Positions 23,901 through 37,663 of a stretch of 64,000 nucleotides of DNA are shown here, in pieces. Position 1 is the first letter of the stretch. Each line of letters starts with the position of its first letter. The position numbers and the translations under genes were made by a program. The stretch covers positions 1-64,000 of the forward strand of contig FLMG01002763.1 of the NCBI GenBank assembly GCA_900088475.1. The letters are read 5' to 3'. The notes under the pieces were generated by a model. The model did no database searches, was not told the DNA's origin, and saw only the letters and a program-made list of their open reading frames with translations. The stretch is from Hyphochytrium catenoides (lineage: Eukaryota > Protista > Hyphochytriomycota).

Positions 23901-25686
23901 TGAGAACACTGAGGGAAGGTAGAGTAAGACACGTGTAGCCATGGGATGTAGCGAGGGCGAGAGAAAGAAAGGGAGCATGAGAGGAGTAGGGACACACGTC
24001 GGCATTGGCACACAGCGAGAAAAGAGAGAGAGACGGAGAGGTTCAAAGCAAACGCCAAAATGGAGCGAGTTAAGCACTGCCAGGATCAAGGTGGGAGGAG
24101 AAGACTTGGCTATCCTTCGAGCCCTTCTACTGGCTAAAGCTCCCAGAAGTCAAAAGAGGTGAATGCTGTCAGGACGTTAGGCAACGTACAGGAGCTCGGT
24201 CTCGCCCTGCTTGCTGTTTGAGGTGCAGCGAACAGTTCCTTCCTTCACTACATAGAAGGTCTCGCCTTGGTCTCCCTAAGGGAACAAAGGGAGCGGCATA
24301 GGCGCGATAAGAACACACGAGGACATTAGCAGGAAATAGAACCTTGGCCGGGTTTCACTCTAGCTCTACTTCCCCTCTGGCACTATTCGCTCTCAAAGAT
24401 ATGGACCATTACCGCTTTCGTCATCTACGTAGCTCTCATATGCTTCTTTTTGTTTTGCGTATGCTATACTCTCTTCTAAGTCTCTAGGTCTCTGCATTGT
24501 TCTTGACGCCACCCTGAATGCTCCAATGCTTACCTGTCTGATGATATACTCTTTATCAGGGAAGGACTGAGTCTGCAGCGCTTCTGCAACTCTCTCCAGC
24601 TGGAAGGAGGAGAAGCCTTGAAAGATCTTTACTTTCTGGAGAAACTCGCGGCGATTTGCCTGCTCAGTATTCGCAGTAGTGGCCAACACACGGCGAAAGA
24701 CCCTTGAGAGCAAAAGAGGAGAGATCAGTTCAGCTTCCCCTCTTCCTATGTCTTCAATTCGTCCCTTTCTCTCTCTCTTGCTCACACTTACAGTCTGTCA
24801 ATGGTCCAGAGGAGGCATGGAGCTGTAGCTCTGATAGTGGCCGCGCGAGGACAGTTGTACATCAGCGCCAGCTCTCCAAAAGAATCTCCATTTTTATAGG
24901 TGCCGACGACGTTGTTGTCAATAACAATCTGCGCCTCTCCAGACTCCAACACATAGAACTTGTCTCCAGCTTCGCCTTGCTTGATGATATCCTAAGAAAG
25001 ATAGGTTATTGATACAGAGTAGCAGAGACTGCAAGGAGAAAGAGGGAAAGAGGTACGGCTTATTGAACAGATTGCAACGTCAGGAAGAAAACTCCGACGG
25101 AGGTCGATGGAACAAGTGGGACGGATAGGTAGCTCTACCTCGTTAGGGTTCCTCGTCTCCTTTGTCATGACAGCGACAATCTCCTCAAGGTCCTTATTGT
25201 CAAGATTGCTAAAGAGAGGGTGATTCTATAAAAAGAGAGAAACAGACAGAGAGAAAGGAGAGAGATGGTAAGAGGAATCCTTCCAGCTGGCTTTCTCCCG
25301 TGTCTTAACAAAGACTTGTTGGTTCTTATGAGCCTCTCAACGCGCGGTACCCCTACCTAAGTGCTTCTCCATCCACTGCTTACCTTTAAAGCGCTAATAA
25401 TATTCTTGACGGACTCTGAAGCCTTAGGAGTCTTAGGAATAGTGGAGGAGCTCTTGCTCTCGGGCTCGACAGACTGGTCAGTAATATTTGCTCTCCTCAT
25501 CGTTCTCTTGGAGGGTGAGGGCTCCACCTGCATTGGATCAGGAGGAGCAAGAGAAATGGCAATATCTCTTGTGGACACAGCCTTCCCACCCTTCTTGTCA
25601 TCTCCCTTATCCTTGCTCTTCTCCTTGAGATCGCGACTGCTGCTGCCTGTGGCCAGGCCCATAAGCTTTCTTGCAAAGGTTGCCAT
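20903..25686 (-). CDS. Cyclic-nucleotide-dependent AGC kinase with PKG-like architecture (three CNB domains plus kinase), multi-exon
   Basis: Phosphate-binding cassettes [30 protein letters not shown] and [15 protein letters not shown]; kinase motifs [34 protein letters not shown]; AGC tail DTSNFDPY...YFEGF*. Confidence 0.93.
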
Positions 25687-26785
25687 GGCTACGCTAGTGT
25701 TCTTCGTTTGTAGAAAGAGACGTGAAGGTTCGGATATATAACGCAGTGTGAGCCTTTGATCACACGACTGTTCTGCCGTCCCCACAATCGTGAGCTCCGA
25801 CCTTGATGGCGCTATGTCCACGCAGCTGGCGCGATAAGATGCAGTTGACGGGGAAGAATGAGCTTTGTGTGGGACAAAGTCCTAGGGACGAGGAGAATGG
25901 CACGGACGAACACCAAGAGATGTGAAAAAGATCCTAAGAAGAGCGGTAGAGAGACAGGCCAAGCGAAGGTAAGAGGGACAAGAAAGAATAGTTGCGCTGG
26001 TGGGAGATGAAACAACCCCACTGTCCTCTCTCTCGTCGCCCACCCTCTTACCACTGTCATCCCTCCGTGCCCCTTCTCTTTCTCCCTCTCTCTTTCTTCC
26101 TCCCTGCTCTCTCTCTCCCTCATCAACAGCTCCGCTCACACCAGCCGTTAGTAGACAGAGAAGACGCCAGCACATGAGCTCAACCTCTTTTCCCGGTGTG
26201 GTGCACTCATCACTCTCTAAGGATAGAAAGCTAACGTCCAACCTGGGCCTGGGGCGGCCGGTCTAGGGTGAAGGTCTAGTGATGGGAAAGCAGGCTCACA
26301 AACCCAGAGAGCTCCTCCTTACACACATCCTCTAGGGCTGTTTATTCTTAGTCAAACGCACACAGCGCAGCAACCTCAACCAGAAGAGTCACAGTAACCC
26401 CTCAAAGCTGAAAAGCGGTGACCCTTATGGAAGGAGGAGTAGAACATTAACTGGCCCTTCACCTGGGGCCTGGCCCTTGAAGAAGAGAAGGGGTTACATA
26501 TCTCCACCTGGATCAGTGTCTGATTCCTCTCCAAGTAACTAAAAGCTATGAAAAGGAAAAGTGATAACACCTCTTTACCGAAAGGTACGAATCAATACCG
26601 AATATATACACAAAACACGAAGGATAGTGAAGAACGCTTGGAAAGTGCTGTATAACCAAGAGAACTTCTGGATAGCCTACGAAGATAACCTAAGGAGGGA
26701 GCAGAGAGGAAGGGCTGTTGAGGGTACAAACAGTAGTAGAAGCGATGAGAAGCAGTTGGTGGTACAAGGCAGCAGACGCTGCTGT

Positions 26786-28736
26786 CTACACATTCTTATA
26801 ATGATTGACACGATATAGCAGTGCCTTCCCACGATCATTCCCTATTGCCAAGTACCCGCTGTGAGGACTAAATGCTAACGCCGTGACATAATGCAGAGGT
26901 GTCCTCATCGTGGGCCAGTTGGCGAAGACGGTACAGGTGGGCAAATGTACCAGCTTTAGGGCATCCTTCTTCCTGTGAGAGCTAATGGCGAGTAGCTGAG
27001 AGTCAAAGTTGAATACCATGTCGTCCACGCCCGTCGTAAGATTCATCACAGCCTTCAGGGGCGCCTGTCGTTGGCTCTTGGTGCCATCATAAATATTTAC
27101 CACACCGCTTTCACTTCCCACAGCGAAGTATTTGCCAAGTAGATCCGTCCCAATAGACGAAGTGGTAGTAGCACCCTCGTCTGTGTGGCGAAGGACACAG
27201 CGCCTAGTTCTTACATCCCATTTGTAGATCTCCCCATCACCTCCTCCCGCGTAGAGATACTTCGAGTCACTAGTGAAGGCTAGCGCTCGTAGCGTACCGT
27301 TAATCTTCATGGTCCCTATCGCTTGCTTGCTCTTCCCAGATACGAGCAGAATGCATCCTCCATCCCCGATGAAAGCGATGAGGCTTCCGTCTGGAGCGAC
27401 AACGAAGTTCTCCAAGCTCTTCTCTTCTCTCCCCAGAATGCGGGGTACCTTCATCACTTTGCCTGCTGCTATATCGTACTGGTAAAAAAATGGCCGACGA
27501 CCGCTGAGAATGACCTCGTTTCCACCATTAAAGAAGCGAGCGGTATGGATTGGAAGTTCGCCAAAGAAGACGGATTGGACCTTGGCGTTTTTCGTGCCTA
27601 ATTAGATTTGAGGAGGATGTTAACCTTAGAACATTAAGGAGAGAGCAACTATCAAGACTCGATCTGGCACCACGCATGGCAGGTGTAGGTCAAGCAATGT
27701 GGAGAGGGCGGGGAAGCCTTCTATCACGCGTAAGGACTTGCATAGGAGATGGAGTCAAATAACACATATTCCAAAAATTTGCCCTTACCATCAATCTGAA
27801 AGAGTCTGAGCCTTTTGTCGTAGCCCCCTGTCAGCAGGAGCTGTGAGTTCGGATGAAACTCTAGGGCCTGGATGACGGCCCCAGACGGCTCCTGTCGGTT
27901 GGCATCTCTAACTCTAGTGAGGGAGATTCTGTCGCTTAACAGAGTCTCAGAGTCCGTCTTAATCAGGCTCTCCGTTTGGTTGAGCACCAATTCGTCATCC
28001 TGATCTCGCTCTTCATCTGCATCACTATCCTCTATTGATAAGCGGATATGAGCGCCTACTTCTGGATGTAGCTACAACAGCAAATCTCAAAGCAGCTCCC
28101 TACCTGAAGCATCCTCCCCCTTCTCCCGCCTTGATGGCTTGTGTGGCTTAGCGGAAGGTAGCGTAGCCCAAGCTTGGTTGGGATTGAGCTTTGTGAACCT
28201 GTAAAGGGCAGAAACCGGCTTAGGCGCCACTGTATCTGGAAACAGATTGTGGTGCTGGCGCTTACTGATTTCGTAGTCTCTTGGCATACTCTGTGCCTGA
28301 CACGACGCTCTCCTCTTCACTCGTCCGCAGCTTGCGTAGCTGATTCTTGGTGGCAATATCAACCTCCAGCTCTTCCTCGTCGTCATCTTCCCAGGCAGGC
28401 CTCGAATTCCCGCCTTTTTTAGTAGCCCTCGCGATTTTACTTTCATTACCCAGGTCTCCTTCGTCATCATCATCTGACGCTTCTGGGGCGCCCGCCCTGA
28501 CAAAGGAGGCTATGGAGTCATCTTCCCCTTCTGATGCTGTGGGTGTTGACTTGTTTACTATAAGTGGCTTTCCGCCGAAAAGCAACTGCTGAAGCCTCTC
28601 TTCTTCTTCATCGGCTAGTTTTGATGTAAGCAAACATTAATAAACTGTCCTCTGACCTCAGAGAGGTTCCACAAGGAAGTGCAATACCTGCTGCTGTTGA
28701 ACGAGGCGCCTTTCGCTTGCGAGATTGTTTATCCAT
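26786..28736 (-). CDS. UTP18: U3 snoRNP WD40 protein UTP18, multi-exon
   Basis: EERLQQLLFG; PAWEDDDEE; LRKLR...SGTEYAKRLRNQF; C-terminal LVHLPTCTVFANWPT...FSPHSGYLAIGNDRGKALLYRVNHY. Confidence 0.93.
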
Positions 28737-29761
28737 AGTACTGTCAGGAAGAAGTATATTGACTCGTGATGCTAGAAGCTCCCACAGTGATATGCAAGAC
28801 GTAGCAGATGAGCTCAAAGCTCTGTCAGTATGCCTACCGATAATCTCTAAAAGGAGCTCCTGACTCGTGATGCATCAGAACAGAAACTCTGGTTGGCTGG
28901 CTGAAAGGAAGCACCAAGCACTTCAGTAACAAGTAGCTCTTCAGTATAAATGCGAGAGGATTTGGAATGTTAGGGAATATTCATTGCTACATCAGGAATA
29001 GTGGTACCCTTGATTGGGACCTTAGTTATCTAGCTTCACTAGGGTTAGATAATCGTATCTGCTGAATACAACGCTTGAAGTTAACAAAAACAAACAGCAT
29101 TACAGTAAAAGAGTCTACTGAAATATAGGGCCTCCAGCCCCTTACAGAATGGCGCTTACAAGGTCGTACGGGCTCATCTACTTTTGCTGTCATACAAAAG
29201 TCAAGATGGAGTCAGGACGGAGAGATGTAACGACTAGGGGAGACAGAGTAATGTGAGATCTATGTGTTAGAAGGCGGTTGAGATGTGTGGGGGGTGCGGA
29301 AGAGGTGGAGAAAGCAGAAGAAAGAGTTCAACAAGAACGATTTTCGGACCTCCGTCAGATGATGCTGAGGAGGAGATTCTTGGCGATGACTGATTCTTCC
29401 TCTGCAACATCATCCGCGCCAGGGTCCAGAGACTAAAGGAGTGCCTGCTGATGCGCTTGGCAGAGGAAGAAGGCGGCCAGAAGGACAGGGTATATCTCGT
29501 CGTTGAGCTGCTTTTGCTACAGGCTCTGCTTGACCTGGACGGTGAACATCTCTGCTTCAGTGCTCAGCTGGCGCCCCCCTAACTCTAAATCTTCACTTTT
29601 CTCGTTGTAAGGGGAGAGAAGCCGCACACCTCTCTTCTTTCCGGACTAATACTCCGACAACTGGTCACCATGGCTTGACATAGAGTTTCCCCGCAGCGGG
29701 TCAGGCTTTACTGCATCCTGGACGGAGTAGCAGCAGAGAGGTGATAAGCGGGGTGTTTCCC

Positions 29762-32700
29762 ATGGCGGCGTCCAACATCAAGAGTCTGCAACAGAAGTTT
29801 GAGCTTGCAGCTGTTGAGGCAGCGAGCAGGCTCAATCCACATCGACTCCCATTTAACGTCAAAGGTGGTGGAAGGGGAGAGGTATGTGGCACCTCAGATT
29901 ATTCGATGAAGAAAGGCATCGTCTTAGGCGATCAGTGTCCTGCCCTGATATCTATTCTCTTTGTGCGCTCCCCTTCTACCTCTCTATGTCTCTCCCTCTG
30001 TGTGTGTCTCTCTCTGTCTCCCTCTCTCCGTCTTTATTTTGGCCAATCCTAGCACAAGAGTCAGACATCGCAGGCTGAAAGAGCGGCAGCGTCCTCCTCA
30101 GGTCAGTACACAGCTGAGAGATAGTATTTATGCTAAGCTCCCGACATTTATACCTGAAAACCTTCTGCTGGATGTTTCCCTCCTACCTGACATTCCAATT
30201 TCCTATCGCATCGTCTTGATTTGGCCATAGGATTTTTCTCAGAAAGGCTCGGACAGGAATCGGCCAATAAGTATGATATTCTCATCGAATCCATCGAATC
30301 CGCCGCCCGGCAGTTGACTCCTAGTCATCAAGTAAGCATTTACTTCTGTCTCTTTCGGCTCGTCTGCATACCATTCCTCTCCCTCTTCAATGTGTTGTCT
30401 CTCTGTTGGTTGTTGGCCTTCGTCGCAAGAGGGATCCTTCATCCTTTATGCTCTTGCCTCACTGATGTTATCTCTCTAATAAAAATAACATCGCCGACTC
30501 ACGGAGAATGGGCTCATTGTAGATTCAGCGCTTCAACTTAGGGGAGCAGATCTCCTTCTTGGAGCATTGCATCCACGCCACGAGCGAGGCGTATAAGCTG
30601 TTGCAGGATCTCAATCACCTGGTGAGATAACTCCAGAAGGGAGGAAAGGCAGGGGAATGGCGATTGCCACTTCTGGTTGGTCGTCGCGAGCCTATGTTAC
30701 TTGCGCACCTCCCCTTGGTGGCTTCTACGTGGTCAAGTCCGTAAGCGACTTATAGCTCCATTTGAACTAACGCGAAGTGCTCTTTAGATCTCGAGTGAGG
30801 CAATTGACAGTGGTTTAGAGGGCGATTCTGAAGATGTAAGTTCTCACTTAGCACCTTCTACTCTCTATTTTCTCTGCCTGCTATTATCCCTTTCGGCGGG
30901 ATCCTTTCCTTCTCTTTGCGGCAGACTTTAAATTTGGATGCTTGTGACCAGGAGGACCTTCCAGAAGGTTCCTTTATGGATGTCGTTCCTGTTTCTGGAG
31001 AGGAAGCGAAAGAACTTAACGATGAGGTGCTCGCACGGCTACAAGGGATGTTCGGGGTTGACGAGGAAAAGCTGAAGGCGACGAAGGCTATAACATTTGG
31101 CTATGGACAAGGGAAAGTGCATGTTGAAGGTACATCCTTCTTTACCATCATTACTGGGAATTGATTCTATAGAATCAACCTGTCTTGGTCCAGCAGATGC
31201 TTCCCCACCGTAATTGCTTTTGCTGTCAATCTACTTTGCGCAGCCCCTCTCCCACCTAATGGTAGATTCAACTGCCCGCCGATCAGTACTAACCTATTTG
31301 CCACTCCTTCGTCCACGTAAATGCTGCATCCTTCCATTCTCTATGGTCAGACTTCTACATCTTTCTGGTGAACAATATAGAGCTGCAGCATCTGGCTCCC
31401 TTGGTCCATGATTTTGCGAGATTGCTGGTAGGAAAGATGGTCCTTCTGGTTGATTCTCTCTCTTCAGTCCTTATATTCCATTCCTCTATCTCTATCGCCG
31501 TCAAGGTCCCGCTCGCTCTCATGCAACTATAAAGTTTATTGGCCCAAGAAGTTGCTTACGAATTCACCTGCCTGCCCAGACCCACACTCGTCTGCGCCAC
31601 GAGCTCTTGAAGACGCATGTAAAGTGGACCATGAACTCGTCCTCTACATTTCTCCCTCCCTCCCCCTCTCCTTCTGCCGTCCAGCAAAGCTTCCAAGCCA
31701 GATCATCCCTCCGCCTGAGTAAAAGCAGACCAGAATCTACGGCCTCTACGTCATCCTCTTCTTTTGGGGACGCGGAGTTACCGCATACGGTAATTGCAAG
31801 TTTGTCCTCACTATTTCCTTCTCTAATGCTTGGTGCATATATCTCATTGCTGCTCTTACTCATCCTCCTTGAACTGCATGCGTGTGTGTTAAGACCTTCA
31901 GTTTGTGAGAAACGTGCCTCCACGTCATTATCTTCTCTACGTGGCTCCTGGCTAACGTCCACGCCAATGTTGGTGATCTCTTGTCATTCTTCGCAGCTGG
32001 AGACGGAACCAATCAATCATCTTATCTTCCTCATTCACGGAATCGGAGCCCACGAGGACTTCCAGGTAAGAAGCTCCTCCTGCAACAAAACGAGCGGCCC
32101 TATGGCTGGTATTGTTGTCTCTTTCTTACGCCCTTTTGATAGGACGAGAACAAACTCTCATGGGATGGAAAGGCAGGGTATGAGGGAGGGAACTTCTCAC
32201 TGAGAGAGAACCTCACTAAGCTGATGGCCACACATTTCAAGTAAGAGGAAGAGAGGAGGAGAGAGACGCGATATATTGCTTTGTATGAAGATGGCAAACG
32301 GATAGTCCCACTACCTCCTTGTGCCTTTAGCTTTTCCGTTAGTTGGTTCTCCTTTGTCGTAGGCCATTGCTGGTTGATCGACGCTAACCTGCCTGTCTTC
32401 TGCATTGTCTGCTCATGGCTACAGGGAAGTGGAGTTTAACCTAGAGATTCAGTCCATTGAGTGGCATGAAGAGCTGCACACGACGAGTGGCGTTGATGAT
32501 GTCTACGAGATGATTCGGACAGAAGGATCATCAAGGTCTCTTCTCTCTTCCGGCATATCCTTGCCTGCATTCTCCGGTGGCTGGTTACTGTCAATCTAAT
32601 CTCAAAATGTCTCAAAGTCAGATTGGGCCGAGACGTTTTCCTCAATCCTCTTATCTTTGCTGGATCGCCTACTCAGTGTTCGGTCCTAAACCTCAGGGCA

Positions 32701-35700
32701 GAGCCGAGCTCACTTACATTGCTTGCACTCTATCACCCGCCAGTCTCAGGGAATTTACCAAGGACACCATCATGGACGTGCTCTATTACGTCTCAACGAC
32801 CTATGGCCAGATTGTTATAAACACAGTGACGGAGCAGTTGAACAGCAAGTATCACACCTTCAGGGATGAGCACCCAGGTAGGATGGGCTACGTCACCTTC
32901 TTTGTCTCTTCCTCTTCCGCCCTGATGGCAATCTTGTCCTCTCTTAGGCTTTAATGGCGGGGTGAGCATAGTTTGCCACTCTCTAGGGTCAGTCATTACA
33001 TACGACTTGTTAACACATGAGAGGGGCCAAAGAGGGAGAAACGGAGTCATCTTCCCGGGACTGGATTTCAATGTCGAACACATGTTTGCTATCGGGTAAG
33101 GACTTCTTCTTTGCACCAACTGCACCAGGATCATAATCTTCTTAATCACTCTTCCTGTGGCTTGTCGCGTACCGGTCGCTGCCTAGCTGCCTGTAACCGT
33201 GCCTCCCATCACCTTCTTTAGCTCCTTCGTGACTTCTATTAAATGGGATGCGCGGATCGCTTTAACCCTCTTTAAACTCTGGTGTTGCTTAGCCTTGCTC
33301 CTGTTCGACTTGCCGGTGTTGTCCTAACAGCTCTCCTTCTGTAGCTCTCCTGTAGCAATTCTGACCTTATCCCGTGGTCAGCTGTCTTTTGCTGATGGGA
33401 CGTACCAGGGCGGGTTTCGTGAGCCAAACGCTAAGTATTACTATAATATCAACCATCCTATAGACCCCATTGGCTACAGGGTTGAACCACTTTTCAACCC
33501 TGACCTGAAAGAAGTGCCCCCAGTCATGCTTCNNNNNNNNNNNNNNNNNNNNNNNNNNNNNNNNNNNNNNNNNNNNNNNNNNNNNNNNNNNNNNNNNNNN
33601 NNNNNNNNNNNNNNNNNNNNNNNNNNNNNNNNNNACCTTCAAGCTGACCAGCCCCTCCGGCGACTAATCGATGTTAACCCTCCTCTCCTCTTACAATACA
33701 TCTATAACTCTCTATCTCTCAGGCAAAAAAGACTCAACATCTCGGCTTCGCAAAGATGATGGAGATGATGCAGGAGATAGCGGCTCCGACCAAAGGCATG
33801 AAGGCAATGCAAGTATGAGCTGCTGGCTTCCCTGGCTTCTCTTCCTTACGACCTCTCCTTCCTACGAGCTGTACGACTCCCAGCACCTGAAAAATCTATG
33901 TCTGACATTCTAATCTTGCACTCTGAATGTCAGCGAATCGACTATTCGGTACGGCTTCGAGTGAGTGAGGGAGTAATCGAGATCGTCCATGCTCTCTCTT
34001 CGCACTCTTCTTATTGGGAGAGTGAGGACTTTGCTCTCTTTATCTTGCTCTCGGTAAGCTACCAGGAGAAAGAGCACGGGAGGAAAAAAGAGAAAAAGTG
34101 AGATTTTCAGCGGGGGACAGATACACGGATATTTTTCTAAGCTTTAAGGCTTAAAAATAAGGCTATGCTAAAGGGAAATAGGCACAATGGGAGAGAAGAG
34201 GAAGCATAAGGAACAGAAGAACAAGTAAGTCCGAAGACCGGCGTCCTTGAGAGGAGAGATAATAAGACGACCAATCCCATGGCTCTGATGATCTACCCGC
34301 CTCCGTGCCACGGCCCCAGCTCTGCCGACCAATCAGTGAAAATCTGAAGCTCTACACCGCGGCAAGACTCCCTCCTCCCAAACTGGTACGGCGGGCTCTA
34401 CCGTTGACGGCCCGGAGCGCTGTGCTTGGAACCGATCGCGTGCTGTTATGGGATAGGTAAGAGTCTCTTTAGGGGTCAATGGATCTCTTGCTTAAGCTCT
34501 ACCCTTCCAACGTGATGCTCGTCTAGCAAGTGCTTAGCAGGCTCCCTGTCCCTTACCAGCAATCTTGTTGTCTCTATTGTCTCTAACCCTCACTCTTTGA
34601 TGCCTTAGCTGCACGTGGCAATGGGATAATGTGCTGGCTATAGCTGAGGACGCTGCCATCCACTTTTTGAAAAACACGACCAAACTGGCTGTCAAGAAGA
34701 GAACTAGGTAGAGGAGCTTTACAGACGAGGAAAAAGAGATTGACGAGATAGCCACTACGACTAGGAGATAGGGAGGAGGGCCCGAACTCTTGTTGGATCT
34801 ATATTATTTGTTCGTCTCCTGATGATTTCTAGCTCATTCGTACCACTACACCTGCGGTCTGTGTGTCGTTCTTTTCTGCTTTAGCTCACACAGGCTTCCT
34901 ATGTCTCTCAATAGTATCCCACTTCGAGGGTCTCAGGTCCGACTGGCAGAGGACAACCCTTTGCAGTTTGCCATCCTTACACCTGAAAAGGTCCACGAGT
35001 TGCGGGTAAGCAGATCCCCATTACTTTAAGCTTGTCTCTACACGGATCCCCCTGTCATCGCTCTCTCCCTTCTACTCATTTATCCTTTAGATCCTCGGGC
35101 CCATTCGACAACTCTTTTTTGTTCTCCCGCCCAGCCCTGACTTGCTCCTCTACTTACTGTCAGGTGGGAGACGTCCAAAGCGCCCGGGAATGGGTCGACG
35201 TAATCAATGCTGCTATTTATGCCCAGAAGCCGGAAAAGATCCAGCTGAACAGGTCCGTGCACTGATATTGTGGGCGCTTTTTCTTTATCGTTAGGCCTTA
35301 GTTCGCCGGTCCTAGCGGAAAGCGCCTACACCTCAAGCCCTCTGTTTTTCTCTAGCGTTTATAAACTCTCTGGAATAGCTCTCGCAGTTTACCTTGTATT
35401 CTTTCGCCCTGAAGATTCTCTTACCGCGTCTCGATTCTCAAACCCTGCTTTCCCTGCCGGTCCCCTACTGAAGTAACCATCTATCACTCGGCACTGTTTG
35501 CATTCCAGGCTATCTTCCCTATCGATGGATCCACTATTATTAGCCAACAACGGCTTATCTCTGGACTACTTTGGTTGCATACGAGAGGGATTTGCGGTCA
35601 AGAAGGGGAAGCAGCAAGGATGGACCTCAGAGTTAAGCTGGCGTTCAAGGTCAGAGCCAAAATCAGGAACCTATGAAAGAGGAGGAGAAGGGACGGTTCC

Positions 35701-37112
35701 TCTAGACTTGTGACCTATATTGATTCTCATCTCCCTTCATGTCTTTTGCCTTCGGAATTAGGTGGATTGTGCTGCATGAAGACCGACTGGATGTTTTCGA
35801 GTCCTTCCCGGTCATTGATGAGTTCAGACAGGTACGTCAGCGGAAGGATATTGTTTATAGAGAGGGCATGACTATTCGGCCACATTATATCAGCTTCTCT
35901 CGCCACTCAGATGTATACTACCTCTTAACCCCTGCTGCGGACCCTACAGGCCAAGCTAAAGGGTAGTCAAGTTCTCGGCTTTCCATCTTCACTCCTGTTC
36001 CGAATCCTCACGAGCACAGGCTCCACGACAGAGATGAGAGTGAACGACCGCCTGAGCTATGACAACTGGGAGAAACTCCTTAAGAGTGAGAAGTCGATCT
36101 TGTTCCCCTTCAGCCCCTGCTTCTTGGTCAAAGCTGCCGGATTGCACTGCTTTGTGTCACCTCGGCACTAACCTTTTGTGCTTCTTTGCCTTCCATTCTT
36201 CCAGCTCTGTAAAACGGTGAATAGTCTTAATTAACAGCCTCACCACCGCGTCTCCCCTTGTAGACAACAACTTCTGCAGCTTCTCAGTGCGGGAAGGCGT
36301 CAAAGAGAAGAGCCTTCCTCGCCTACTTCTGCTTCGGACCCAGCAAGCTCAAAAAGCTATGGCAAAGACCTCGCAGTTAGGAACCTTTAGGGTGCTAGTG
36401 GAAGGCTACCAGATCAAAAAGGACCATCTTGGTATGGAAGATCACCCTCTTCCACCTCCTCGACCACTACGTTGTACCCCATTTCCACCTCGTTCTTGCT
36501 CGCGCTCTCCCCTCCCTCTACTACTCTCTTGTGGCCGACCGCTCTTCTCTCTTGTCATGCAGTTCTTAGCTCCTCTCTCATAAACATCTGTCTCCGAGCT
36601 TCTTGACTCCAAACCACATTACTGCTGAAGCGCCTGCTCCTGCTTCCTTCTGGACGATACTAGATCAACCCGATATTTTCTGGCCCTCACCATTCTCTCT
36701 TAGACAAGGACTATGTGGCTTTTGTTGTCCACACGAAAGCTGATCAAGGCAACTTCGTGGTCTATCGACGGCATAACGAGTTCAAGGGCTTCCACCATAA
36801 ACTGCATGAACATATCCCCAACGAGCTACTCCCGCCACTACCCCCAACTAGGTCTGCCCGCACATTCACTCTCTTCTTATCGTCTCTCCTTTACTGACAC
36901 GATCAAACTCTTCACCGTCAATTGGCGCTTCTTGGCGCGATCTTCTCTTGCCCATCTTCAGATTGTGGAACAAGTTCGACCCGGTCTATCTTAGGCAGAA
37001 AGCTGCAGGGTTACAAGACTATGCGGTAAAGATCTCTAAAGTGTGCCAAGAGGGAGACGCAGCTCAGCTTCTCGTGGATTTCCTCACCAAACAAGAGATC
37101 GCCTTCGAGTGA
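29762..37112 (+). CDS. DDHD-family phospholipase A1 fused to two PH-like domains and a C-terminal PX domain, multi-exon; N-terminal exons less certain; N gap at 33533-33634
   Basis: HLIFLIHGIG; IEWH; MDVLYY; VCHSLGSVITYDLL; FAIGSP; NINHPIDPIGYRVEP; RIDY...SHSSYWESEDFALFIL. Phase-consistent exons continue through PH-like segments (AREWVDVINAAI; REGFAVKKG...WRSRWIVL) and PX (VVYRRHNEFKGFHHKL...LPPLPP) to a stop at 37110-37112. Confidence 0.8.
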
Positions 37113-37663
37113 AGAATCACGGTAGGGGACGTGTACGAGGGTCCAGAAACGACTGTAGCATTGGAAAGAGTGCGTTTGCCTTGGAAGGTAGGAGAGTCCA
37201 CACAAGGGAATTGAGAGACACAGCCAATATCTCTACGACGGCCACGGGATCTAGACACCGTCCACTGACTTGAGTGACGGATCATGGAGAGAGTGGATGC
37301 GTAGAGTAAGACTATTTATCAAAGTGTTAGGCCTAACCTGCTAGGCTAATGAAACACATCAGAGCCCATGCAATCGGTCATAACCGTCAGGGGCATGGCC
37401 ACCTGTTGCAATGGACGGAGAGATTCAGAGGGAGAAATCAGGAACAGCAAAGAGAGAAGAGTCGTAAGGCTCTTTCCTATTTCGGCAAGCAGTCCGCCTA
37501 GATGAGTGATTTGTTTCCGGCTGCAAAGCGCAAAGCCATAAATATCAACCGTTGCCATAGCCTTACCATGGGTAAGGGCATTATGGGAGGGTAAGTGATG
37601 GGGAAGAGAGGGAGTCACTACGATGAACGCGATAGACCTCGCCGCTTCAACTGTTTGTGACGC

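Noticed and set aside
33722-33812. Apparent GC donor suggested by the ORF-track frame (GKKDSTSRL...)
   Set aside because: The alternative frame AKKTQHLGFAKMM...MQ uses a normal GT donor in the correct phase
36205-36216. 12-nt micro-exon candidate (AG|CTCTGTAAAACG|GT) in the DDHD-PH-PX gene
   Set aside because: It has an in-frame TAA in the required phase; skipping it keeps the frame
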